A DNA stretch of 12,498 nt from Sulfolobales archaeon (GCA_038841535.1 JAWBTQ010000025.1:1-12498), one strand, 5' to 3'. Counted from the first letter of the stretch, positions 1 through 7,410 are shown. A program made the numbers and translations. The notes: a model not told the origin generated them from the letters alone.

Positions 1-1
1 A

Positions 2-1714
2 ATTATTACTGTTGCTGTAGGTAGTACAGTGTTTATAGTGGACGCTAAAGAGAAAAAACTGCTAAGCCGCTTTGAAGCTAACTCTAGTGTTGTTGGAATG
101 TTCTTAGTAGAAGGAAAACTCACCGTCGTATCCGTAGGTACAGTACTACGCGACTACGTCTCCCTACTCACGCAGGCTAAGCCACTACCTCTTAGTGCCC
201 CCGCTGGAACACCTAACACGACTATATACGTAGTAGACGTTAGTAACGCTATTAATCCTGAAGTCGTACTCAAGGTCTCAGCAACAGGTTCCTTCCTGAG
301 TGCTAGATACACCGATAGCTCTATATACGTACTAACTACACTCCCGCTCGAGACCTCGAACGTACCGTTCGTAAACAGTCTGCCACTATCGCCAAGCAGT
401 ATTGCTATAATCGATGAAGAACCCGATACCTACACAACTATAGTAACTATAGATGTAGCCAGACTCAACTACACCGCTTACTCGTTTCTAACAGGTCCTG
501 GAAGCTGGGTATACATGTCTCCCACTAGGCTCTATGTAGGGATCTCGAAGTACATTACTACCACCACGATGTACAAAACTTTCTTAAGCTCTTTAGTGAA
601 GTACTTACCTCAAGACACAGCTAGCAGAATTAGAGACCTACTATCAGCAGGAAACATTGCTGAAGCCCTCGAAGTAGCTCACAAGTACCTTAACAGCATT
701 AGTGACGAAGAGTTCGATGTGCTGATATCTCAGGTTAACAGCGAGCTCGGCAGTCTAAAGTTTAATGAAGAAACACTATTTCATGCTTTTAGATTATCTG
801 GGTTAAGCATTAAGTACTTGGGCTCGTTTACGGTTGATGGAGTAGTTCTAGACCAGTTCTCCATGGAGGAAATGGGGAACTACTTCGTAGTTGCTACTAC
901 AGTAACACCTAGCTCACTAAAGGTCTATACGTACAGGGTAGTGCAGGAACCTTCTGGGAAACCTATCACAATAGTAGAGTATGTCGACGACAAAGCAGTG
1001 AGCACTAAGACATACACACCAGTAGCTAAGCCCGCTAAAACACCACCGAGGCTATACTACATTACCCCGGTCAGCGTTGATGAACCTGAGAACAACGTAT
1101 TCGTAATTGATTTGGAGAACTTCAGCGTACTTGGGTCTTTGAGAGGTCTCGCTAAAGGAGAGAGAGTATACTCAGCTAGGTTGATGAAGAACGTACTCTT
1201 CTTAGTTACATTCAGACAGGTAGACCCACTGTTCGCTATAGACCTATCTAACCCCGAGAAACCCGCAGTACTCGGCTACCTAAAGATGCCTGGGTTTAGT
1301 GAGTACCTACACCCGGTCTCAAGTGACAGACTGCTTGGTATTGGCTTAGAGGACAATAAGTTAAAGATATCTCTATTCGACGTCTCTAACCCTACTAAGA
1401 TGAGGGAGCTATCGAAAATACACATAGAGTGCTCTTGGTCTCCCGTCCTAAGCGACCACAAAGCAATAACTGTAGACGTAGACTTCGCTGTAGTCTATCT
1501 CCCAATGTGGTCGTACTGTCACTACCCACCACTAAGCGGACTAGCCGTAGTGGAATATGGGGAACACAATCTCAGATTTCTATCACTACTTGAGGTGGAG
1601 GGAGTATTTAGAGCAGTCTACATAGGCAGAGAACTTTACGCCGTATCTCCGGACAGAATAGTGATATATTCGATACCGGACTTCAACTACGTTACTGAGG
1701 TCTTACTGAGGTAG
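2..1714 (+). CDS. Secreted beta-propeller domain protein (Beta_propel/PF09826-like), 5' partial
   Basis: The frame is open from position 2 (att att act gtt gct gta ggt agt aca gtg), so the gene probably begins before the window and GTG 29 is likely internal. Family-type motifs are present: DQFSMEE..FVVATT and GERVYSAR...VTFRQVDPLFAIDLSNPEKPAVLGYLKMPGFSEYLHP...LLGIG...KISLFDVS. Stop TAG at 1712-1714. Confidence 0.88.
   Translation: MITVAVGSTVFIVDAKEKKLLSRFEANSSVVGMFLVEGKLTVVSVGTVLRDYVSLLTQAKPLPLSAPAGTPNTTIYVVDVSNAINPEVVLKVSATGSFLSARYTDSSIYVLTTLPLETSNVPFVNSLPLSPSSIAIIDEEPDTYTTIVTIDVARLNYTAYSFLTGPGSWVYMSPTRLYVGISKYITTTTMYKTFLSSLVKYLPQDTASRIRDLLSAGNIAEALEVAHKYLNSISDEEFDVLISQVNSELGSLKFNEETLFHAFRLSGLSIKYLGSFTVDGVVLDQFSMEEMGNYFVVATTVTPSSLKVYTYRVVQEPSGKPITIVEYVDDKAVSTKTYTPVAKPAKTPPRLYYITPVSVDEPENNVFVIDLENFSVLGSLRGLAKGERVYSARLMKNVLFLVTFRQVDPLFAIDLSNPEKPAVLGYLKMPGFSEYLHPVSSDRLLGIGLEDNKLKISLFDVSNPTKMRELSKIHIECSWSPVLSDHKAITVDVDFAVVYLPMWSYCHYPPLSGLAVVEYGEHNLRFLSLLEVEGVFRAVYIGRELYAVSPDRIVIYSIPDFNYVTEVLLR
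1692..1712 (+). repeat. Tandem 10-bp direct repeat TTACTGAGGT-c-TTACTGAGGT
   Basis: Exact copies at 1692-1701 and 1703-1712. The second copy runs into the stop codon of the beta-propeller gene. Confidence 0.8.
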
Positions 1715-1776
1715 AGGACATAAGGATGATACTAACGCGTGATAACCAACACACTAAACCTGACCCGACCCTGGTG

Positions 1777-2847
1777 CTAAATAGCTCTCTCAACTATGGC
1801 TTTTAGTACTATACTAGCCAGCTTGCTATCTTTCTTCATTAAGGTGGTGACTGTGCTTAAGAACTGCTGAGCTCTGCGGGTCTTCTTGAAAATGTCGCAC
1901 TCCCTTGCGAGAATAGTAGAGAGCTCCGTGTCTTGGCAGAGGATTCTAGCTACTTCATAGCTTCCAAGGGCTTGAGAAGTCCGTACCTCCCCACTTTTAC
2001 GAGCAGTCTTGAACTTAGGTAACGCCACATAGAAAGCAACTAGTACCGCTAGCGTGGCGCTAAGGACCCTACTGAGGGTGTGAAGGTACGCGATGATCGG
2101 TACCTCAACTCCTAGGACTGGGTACGGCTTTAGTTCGTACTTAGATCCCTCGACGAGGACTGTGCCACTCAAACACATGTTTTTCACCATATGGTAAGCA
2201 AAGACGTAGTTATGGTTTAACACGTTCCTAGGGTTAAGCAGGGCGTTCGTTAGGATAGTTCCGTCGCTAACTACTACGGCACTATAGCTAGCTGTTTTGT
2301 AGACTACAGCTAGGACATCTCTATCTACTCGAGCTATTACCTCAATAGAGCTATCCATAGTTTCCGGTAGGTTTATACTGGAAGAATAAGCGTAGACTAC
2401 GTTCAGTTCGATGCTTCCTACCTTCGTATTGGCCGTAAATACAGCACTATCTCCTACGAGAAGGACTTTACCAGAGATCCGGACTGGCGCACCTAAGTAC
2501 TCCAAGATGCTGTTTGAGTAAGTTCCTTCATCAGCGATTAAGATATTGGATCCGGAGCTTACAAGTCCTCGAATTAAGCTGAGCTCTGAACTAGAATAAG
2601 GTAGCTCTGGGGAAACTACTATGATTAGACACGGACTCAGCTTCCTTAAGTCACTAGACCAAGACCTCACGATGGTTACATTAAATCCGCTATCATTTAA
2701 AGTACGTACGAGCTCTGAAGTACCCTCGAAGCCGGTATTGAAGGGTGAAGCACCAGAAGGTATTCGCGTACCTAGATCTTTTTCAACAGCTAACGGTAGT
2801 ATCAAGAGGATGGAGAGAACGGCTGCGAGTAATACCTTATTTTTCAC
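1777..2847 (-). CDS. DUF4350-like membrane-anchored extracellular protein (GATase1/GIFT-like fold)
   Basis: 356 aa. GTG start with GAGGGG upstream. N-terminal signal/TM helix, then SPFNTGFEGTSEL, IVVSPELPYSSSEL..GSNILIADEGTYSNSIL and VVVSDGTILTNALL...NYVF, all resembling DUF4350 proteins. A second TM helix near residues 260-276 precedes a basic tail. It lies next to MoxR/DUF58, the usual context for this family. Confidence 0.75.
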   Translation of the reverse strand: MKNKVLLAAVLSILLILPLAVEKDLGTRIPSGASPFNTGFEGTSELVRTLNDSGFNVTIVRSWSSDLRKLSPCLIIVVSPELPYSSSELSLIRGLVSSGSNILIADEGTYSNSILEYLGAPVRISGKVLLVGDSAVFTANTKVGSIELNVVYAYSSSINLPETMDSSIEVIARVDRDVLAVVYKTASYSAVVVSDGTILTNALLNPRNVLNHNYVFAYHMVKNMCLSGTVLVEGSKYELKPYPVLGVEVPIIAYLHTLSRVLSATLAVLVAFYVALPKFKTARKSGEVRTSQALGSYEVARILCQDTELSTILARECDIFKKTRRAQQFLSTVTTLMKKDSKLASIVLKAIVERAI

Positions 2848-3019
2848 AGCGACTTCCCCTCTCGGATAAGTACGAGAGAACGGCTATACCGCACATTAGG
2901 GCTATAATCGAAGCTACGTACCTCTCTACTATAGCTAGAAGCATCGCCGCAAAAAGCGTCGTAATAGCGACTAATTCGAGATATCTAGAGCCACTAGAGC
3001 ACGTTGCGTACCACCTCAT
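2837..3019 (-). CDS. Small membrane protein with 2 TM helices (hypothetical; possibly the C-terminal fragment of the upstream gene)
   Basis: The 60-aa ORF fills the gap between neighbours, overlapping them by 26 and 11 bp. Two hydrophobic segments: LVAITTLFAAMLLAIV and YVASIIALMCGIAVLSYL. No clear RBS before the ATG. Confidence 0.55.
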   Translation of the reverse strand: MRWYATCSSGSRYLELVAITTLFAAMLLAIVERYVASIIALMCGIAVLSYLSERGSRCEK

Positions 3020-3524
3020 CTAGGAGTTTAAGTAGGTTCTGCAGATACCTGATATCGGAATCGGAGGTTATTGTACTAAAGACCACACCTACCACGAATA
3101 CCGCTGCCGACATTCGCTTCAAGCCCCCTCCAGTTAGAACCGACTTTAGTGTTCTTCTAAGAAAGTATGCGGCAACCATAGAGAGAGCTATAACCACTGG
3201 GTTGCTCACCTGAAAAATACCTTCAAGTAACTTGAAGGTGGAACCCGTGAGAACAAACAGAGAGACATATTCGAGGAGTGTTGGCGGACTTGGGCTTCTA
3301 AGGGAAAGCCTGAGGGGAATTAGAGACTCTGTTCTTGATGTATATCCAGCACTATACAGCAATACTTCGTAACAGCCTAGTGCGGCGAGAACTCCTATCA
3401 CGGTTCTTAGAACAACTCGAGGTGCTTCTGGAGCTAGGAGAATAACTGCCAGTAGGAAGACCACAGGTAAAGATAAGAAAGCTAAGTGAAGAAGGTGCTT
3501 TAGATTGATTAATGCTGTTCGCAA
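2994..3524 (-). CDS. Hypothetical integral membrane protein (about 5 TM)
   Basis: 176 aa. TTG start lies 2 nt after the upstream stop, preceded by purine-rich GGGGAAGTAAGG. Several hydrophobic helices. No family recognised. Confidence 0.75.
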   Translation of the reverse strand: MRTALINLKHLLHLAFLSLPVVFLLAVILLAPEAPRVVLRTVIGVLAALGCYEVLLYSAGYTSRTESLIPLRLSLRSPSPPTLLEYVSLFVLTGSTFKLLEGIFQVSNPVVIALSMVAAYFLRRTLKSVLTGGGLKRMSAAVFVVGVVFSTITSDSDIRYLQNLLKLLDEVVRNVL

Positions 3525-3526
3525 CC

Positions 3527-5059
3527 TTACTTCCCCAGAAAACTTTTTAAAAACTCTAGGTCCTCCATTAGTAACTCAACAGAGGGACTCTTTGAGTATC
3601 TGGCTACTTCATACAGCTTTCCCAACCTTCTCAGAGCAGCCGAAGTTACATCGTCCACGTTAGAACTCAGTTTCTCCACTATCTCGCGGTGAGTGTCGGA
3701 CGGTGATAACTCTACATCTCTCGTAGCTAGTAGCTGGCTCACCACATCCCAAAAGAACTTTACTACCGGGTTAAGGTTATCGATTAAGCGGGCTTCCCTA
3801 CCTAGGTTTAGTGCTTTCTTGGAGAGGCTTAGCTCGAAGTATCTCTTACGAAATACGAGCTGAGAGAATCCTCCAAGTGATGCTGCTATTACGAGAGATG
3901 CTAGCACCAGCTCCCAACTCGATTCCTTATCCTGGTTTACTGGGGTATGAGTTAGTGTAGATTGTCTCCGCTGTACACTCTTAATCAAGTATTCTTTAAA
4001 AGTGGTCTTCTCGATAGTGTTGAGTACTGTAGCCATTACTCGATGCGTTAGCTTACTTACGATCTCTGTGACCTCTTGGTCGTCAAAGACTTTGGCACCC
4101 TCACTGCTTTTAGAGACGTCTTTAGGACTGCCTTCTCTGGATACGTTCGTAATTAGTGAGTATCTTAGGACGTCTTCATCTACTTCCATTTCTTCGAAGC
4201 CTTGGTTGAGTAGGGTAGTGATGCTCGTAGTGTTGCTGCTAACTTGCGGCGCTATATCTACCCTTACATCACTAGTTAATTTCTCGTAGAGATCTATTAG
4301 GTCTTCTATGCTGTAAGTAGCTAAAGCTTCTCCGATGTTGATGCTGCTTCCTCTAATAACAGATATGAGCTTTTCGAGGACCTCTTCTGAGATATCCCCA
4401 GAGCTAGGTGCGCGTACTACATATCCTACTGGTGACTTCTCGACGATTGAAACCATTATCGAGCCGAAAAATAGGGACATCGAGTTTAAAACGTCTTCCG
4501 CAATAGCTCTAGCTCTTCCAGTATTACCCCTTTCAACGTGCATTACGAAAGATATCATTTTGAGTGTTAGATTCCTCAAGCATGTTTCCGCACTAGAGTT
4601 CTTACTCGCATAAGCAAAGAGCTTGAGGAGATTGCTAGCTGTTGGGTTGTCCATAGTGTCTCTAATTAGCTGGTACGGTACTCCCATAGACAGTAGACTA
4701 GAAACCGATGAAACGATCGTTTTCTCCAACGTACTTGATCGGAGTTCTTCGGTTCCATTAACTAGTAGTGCTAGTGCCTTTAAGTGCACTCCGCCTGAGA
4801 CGAGAACGATTAGACTAGGTTCGTTAAAGAGGTTTCTAGCTAAGTTATTGAGGAAGGTCTGCCAGCTCGAAGTATCCCACGCGAGCATAGAGTAGTTTAG
4901 TTTCACACTGGGACACACCCTCGATAAGTAGAGGAGGGTTTCCAGGGCCTGAGCTTGCTTTAAGTAGGCATCGGGAGGCTGGTCAAGGTGCCTACTCGAT
5001 AAAGCTACCTGAGGGACTGCTAGGAGTACTAAAGCAATCAGTAAAACGCTCTTCGCCAG
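3527..5059 (-). CDS. DUF4129-domain membrane protein with N-terminal signal peptide (probable CTG start; ORF track starts at 4918)
   Basis: The C-terminal LSPSDTHREIVEKL...LRRLGKLYEVARYS matches the DUF4129 pattern and follows a TM helix (WELVLASLVIAASLGGFSQLVF). The frame stays open upstream of 4918 until TAA at 5090-5092. CTG at 5059 has GGGTG 5 nt upstream and yields a signal peptide, (M)AKSVLLIALVLLAVPQVALS, giving 510 aa. Confidence 0.8.
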   Translation of the reverse strand: MAKSVLLIALVLLAVPQVALSSRHLDQPPDAYLKQAQALETLLYLSRVCPSVKLNYSMLAWDTSSWQTFLNNLARNLFNEPSLIVLVSGGVHLKALALLVNGTEELRSSTLEKTIVSSVSSLLSMGVPYQLIRDTMDNPTASNLLKLFAYASKNSSAETCLRNLTLKMISFVMHVERGNTGRARAIAEDVLNSMSLFFGSIMVSIVEKSPVGYVVRAPSSGDISEEVLEKLISVIRGSSINIGEALATYSIEDLIDLYEKLTSDVRVDIAPQVSSNTTSITTLLNQGFEEMEVDEDVLRYSLITNVSREGSPKDVSKSSEGAKVFDDQEVTEIVSKLTHRVMATVLNTIEKTTFKEYLIKSVQRRQSTLTHTPVNQDKESSWELVLASLVIAASLGGFSQLVFRKRYFELSLSKKALNLGREARLIDNLNPVVKFFWDVVSQLLATRDVELSPSDTHREIVEKLSSNVDDVTSAALRRLGKLYEVARYSKSPSVELLMEDLEFLKSFLGK

Positions 5060-5148
5060 CTTAACACCCAGTTTTAAAGTTTTTAGAGCTTATTTTTCTT
5101 TGGAGACGGAGCTAGTGGGGACATCAATACGTATTTGGATGGTGGAAC
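5060..5148. promoter_or_regulatory. Divergent promoter region for the DUF4129 and MoxR arms
   Basis: 89-bp intergenic gap between divergent genes. It contains A/T boxes (TTTTAAAG 5072-5079; CTTATTTTT 5089-5097), a perfect palindrome AATACGTATT at 5126-5135, and RBS-like motifs at both ends (GGGTG on minus at 5069-5065; GGTGG on plus at 5141-5145). Confidence 0.55.
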
Positions 5149-6096
5149 ATGACAAAAGTTAGCAGTATTGTAGAGAGAGTTGCCGAAGCGTGCAATACAT
5201 TTTTAATAGAGCGAGAAGAGCACATAAAGATGCTTGTTCTCGCCGTTATTACTGGTGGACACGTACTCATCGAGGGAGTTCCTGGGGTGGCTAAGACACT
5301 TACTGCCAAGTCTGTAGCTAGAGCACTAAGTCTGAAGTTCAGCAGGGTCCAGATGACGCCAGACCTCCTACCGGCTGATGTCATCGGGACGAAGATATAC
5401 GACCAGAAGTCCGGTGACTTTAAGGTCTTGCTGGGTCCTATACATGCTAACATAGTCCTTGTCGACGAGATCAACAGGGCCTCGCCGAGGACTCAGTCAG
5501 CTCTCTTAGAAGCGATGCAGGAAAAACAGGTGACTATTGAGGGCGACGTATTCACCCTCCCCACTCCATTCACCGTTTTAGCCACAATGAACCCTGTAGA
5601 GGTTGAGGGAGTATTTCCACTGCCTGAAGCCCAACTAGACAGGTTCCTCATGAAGCTCCCCATGGGTGGCCTTAGCCGGGAAGGTATAAGAAAGCTCTTG
5701 AGATTAGACCTAGACACTATTGAAGAGGAGCTTAAGAACTTGAAGCCAGTGATAAGTAGAGAGGAAGTTCTCGAAGCTAGAAGAGAGCTTAAAGAAGTAT
5801 GGGTCGACGATTCCGTAGTAGAGTACGTCATACGAATATCTGAAGCCTTCAGTTCGCATAGAGCCGTAAGACTTGGGCTCAGCCCTAGGGGTATAGCTAT
5901 GCTACTTCTTCTCTCTAAGGCTCTTGCGCTGGCTGAGGGCAGGAAGTACGTTATTCCGGATGACATTAAGGTGGCTGCCGCATATACTGTACCCCACAGA
6001 ATACTGATAAGACCCGAGCTGATGCCAGATGGGCTCGCGAAGAGAGATGTGTTAGTAAGAGAGATCATAAGTAAGGTCGAGGTTCCGAGACCATAG
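5149..6096 (+). CDS. moxR: MoxR-family AAA+ ATPase
   Basis: 315 aa. Motifs: GHVLIEGVPGVAKT (Walker A), RVQMTPDLLPADVIG, IVLVDEINRA (Walker B), TQSALLEAMQEKQVT, ATMNPVEVEGVFPLPEAQLDRF, SPRG and VIPDDIK...HR. GGTGG RBS before the ATG. Confidence 0.95.
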   Translation: MTKVSSIVERVAEACNTFLIEREEHIKMLVLAVITGGHVLIEGVPGVAKTLTAKSVARALSLKFSRVQMTPDLLPADVIGTKIYDQKSGDFKVLLGPIHANIVLVDEINRASPRTQSALLEAMQEKQVTIEGDVFTLPTPFTVLATMNPVEVEGVFPLPEAQLDRFLMKLPMGGLSREGIRKLLRLDLDTIEEELKNLKPVISREEVLEARRELKEVWVDDSVVEYVIRISEAFSSHRAVRLGLSPRGIAMLLLLSKALALAEGRKYVIPDDIKVAAAYTVPHRILIRPELMPDGLAKRDVLVREIISKVEVPRP

Positions 6097-7397
6097 AGAC
6101 AGCGTTAGCTACTCCATTACTTCGAGTCGAGAGGTCTTCAACTCACATACTAGCCTTACTGTTGCTTGGATTTTCGTTACTAATAGTGTTATACGATAAT
6201 CAGTTCATTAAGTACGCAGTAGCTGCTCTTGCGGTATATGCGTCGGTTTCGGTAACCTTTGAGCGAGCTGTCCCAAGAGTGAGGGCATTGAGCTACTTGA
6301 GTATTGAAAAGGGTGTGGTTGTAGCTGGAGAACCCTTTCTAGCCTCAGTAACCATAGTGTCGTGGATTATTCCATTTATAGAGGTTTCTCAGGTGATGTT
6401 TGAAGGAAGTAGTGGAGTCATGGTTTTGAAAGTCAGGACTGCAAGAAACCGTCGCTCGTTGAGCATAGTAGCTGAAGTTATATGTAGAGTGGGTACGCAC
6501 AACATTACTGAGGTAACTGTCTACGCTAAGTTGAAGGCTTTAGCTATAACTCTTAGAGCTTGCTTGGGAGTTAACTCAATTATTCGAGCTGTACCTAAGC
6601 TAGACGAGGTCGGTATACACTATAGTGCTGGTTCGTTCTACGATGTAGGCATAAAGAGCATAGGCAAGCCGGGGTCTGGAACACAGTACTATATGAACAA
6701 AGAGTACAAGCCTGGGGACGATCTAAGGCGTATAGACTGGAAAGCGTCTTCAAGAACTGGAAAACTCGCCGTTAAGTTGTTCGAGAAGGAAGTCTACAGA
6801 AGAGTCTTCTTCGTAGTGCCTATTACGGGAAGGTATCTAAGGGGGGGTTCTAATGCTCTAGATACCCTAGTTCACGAGCTCATGAAGATAGTTGCTGAAC
6901 TGATTAGACGCGGCACAGAAGTTGTCGTAACTTTAGTCTCGCGAACTTATGAGTCTGTCCCAAGCTTCGTTAAGGTACGTGAAGTAGGTGATTTAGCGAA
7001 CTTAGCTGAGTACTTCTCCCAAATAGTCTGGGATAGGGAGCCCCATGACTACTACCTCGAGTATAGGTCTGCTCTCTGGACTTCTGTGAGGCTTTTAACC
7101 AGCGTGATCCCTGGCAGGAGCTTGGTCGTGTACTTAGGTGAGCCGGAGTCAGATGTAGACGTAGTTGCTGGAAAGATTGTAGCGAACATCTTGAAGAAGA
7201 TGGGGCACGAGCCTGTTTTCGTGCTTGTATCGCCAGAGATAATCAGAGTGGTGAGTGGTGAGGCATCAGTCGAAGACCTTGTCGACTTGATGAGATTCTC
7301 TAAAGTGGCTCTTTCAGATCTATCACTTCACGCTAGAGTCACCTACTTCCTCGGGGAGGACCTACTGCAGCTTCTCTTGCGCGCTATTACGATCTAA
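6093..7397 (+). CDS. DUF58 domain protein (MoxR-associated, VWA-like) with N-terminal TM helices; start either ATA 6093 or TTG 6162
   Basis: The DUF58 signature GSGTQYYMNKEYKPGDDLRRIDWKASSRTGKLAVKLFEKE starts at 6672. Two N-terminal hydrophobic helices are followed by a beta-rich region. The gene lies directly after moxR and the frame is open from 6075. Confidence 0.88.
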   Translation: METALATPLLRVERSSTHILALLLLGFSLLIVLYDNQFIKYAVAALAVYASVSVTFERAVPRVRALSYLSIEKGVVVAGEPFLASVTIVSWIIPFIEVSQVMFEGSSGVMVLKVRTARNRRSLSIVAEVICRVGTHNITEVTVYAKLKALAITLRACLGVNSIIRAVPKLDEVGIHYSAGSFYDVGIKSIGKPGSGTQYYMNKEYKPGDDLRRIDWKASSRTGKLAVKLFEKEVYRRVFFVVPITGRYLRGGSNALDTLVHELMKIVAELIRRGTEVVVTLVSRTYESVPSFVKVREVGDLANLAEYFSQIVWDREPHDYYLEYRSALWTSVRLLTSVIPGRSLVVYLGEPESDVDVVAGKIVANILKKMGHEPVFVLVSPEIIRVVSGEASVEDLVDLMRFSKVALSDLSLHARVTYFLGEDLLQLLLRAITI

Positions 7398-7410
7398 GCA
7401 CTTATTTTGC
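7398..7410 (+). promoter_or_regulatory. Candidate TATA-like box for the TauE/SafE gene
   Basis: CTTATTTT at 7401-7408 ends 31 nt before ATG 7440. It could also act as an oligo-T terminator for DUF58. Confidence 0.4.

Noticed and set aside
1276-1461. 61-aa minus-strand ORF
   Set aside because: It is antisense to the most conserved part of the beta-propeller gene.
2621-3213. Plus-strand ORFs 2621..2869, 2745..3023 and 3004..3213
   Set aside because: They lie opposite a tightly packed minus-strand operon and show no recognisable features.
4002-4895. Three plus-strand ORFs (4002..4289, 4335..4613, 4623..4895)
   Set aside because: They are antisense to the DUF4129-like gene, with Ser/Leu/Thr-rich shadow composition.
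5272-5301. Walker A variant GVPGVAKT (A in place of G) as a sign of an inactive ATPase
   Set aside because: AKT is a common variant in MoxR-family proteins, and all other motifs are intact.
5493-6068. 191-aa antisense ORF, and the 116-aa ORF at 5124..5474, opposite moxR
   Set aside because: They overlap a clearly real gene, are Ser-rich and have no motifs, as expected for antisense shadows.
5149-7397. MoxR plus VWA-like gene as an anti-phage defence system or magnesium chelatase
   Set aside because: No nuclease, toxin or other effector domain and no chelatase subunit is visible. The partners are membrane DUF proteins of the MoxR-DUF58 type.
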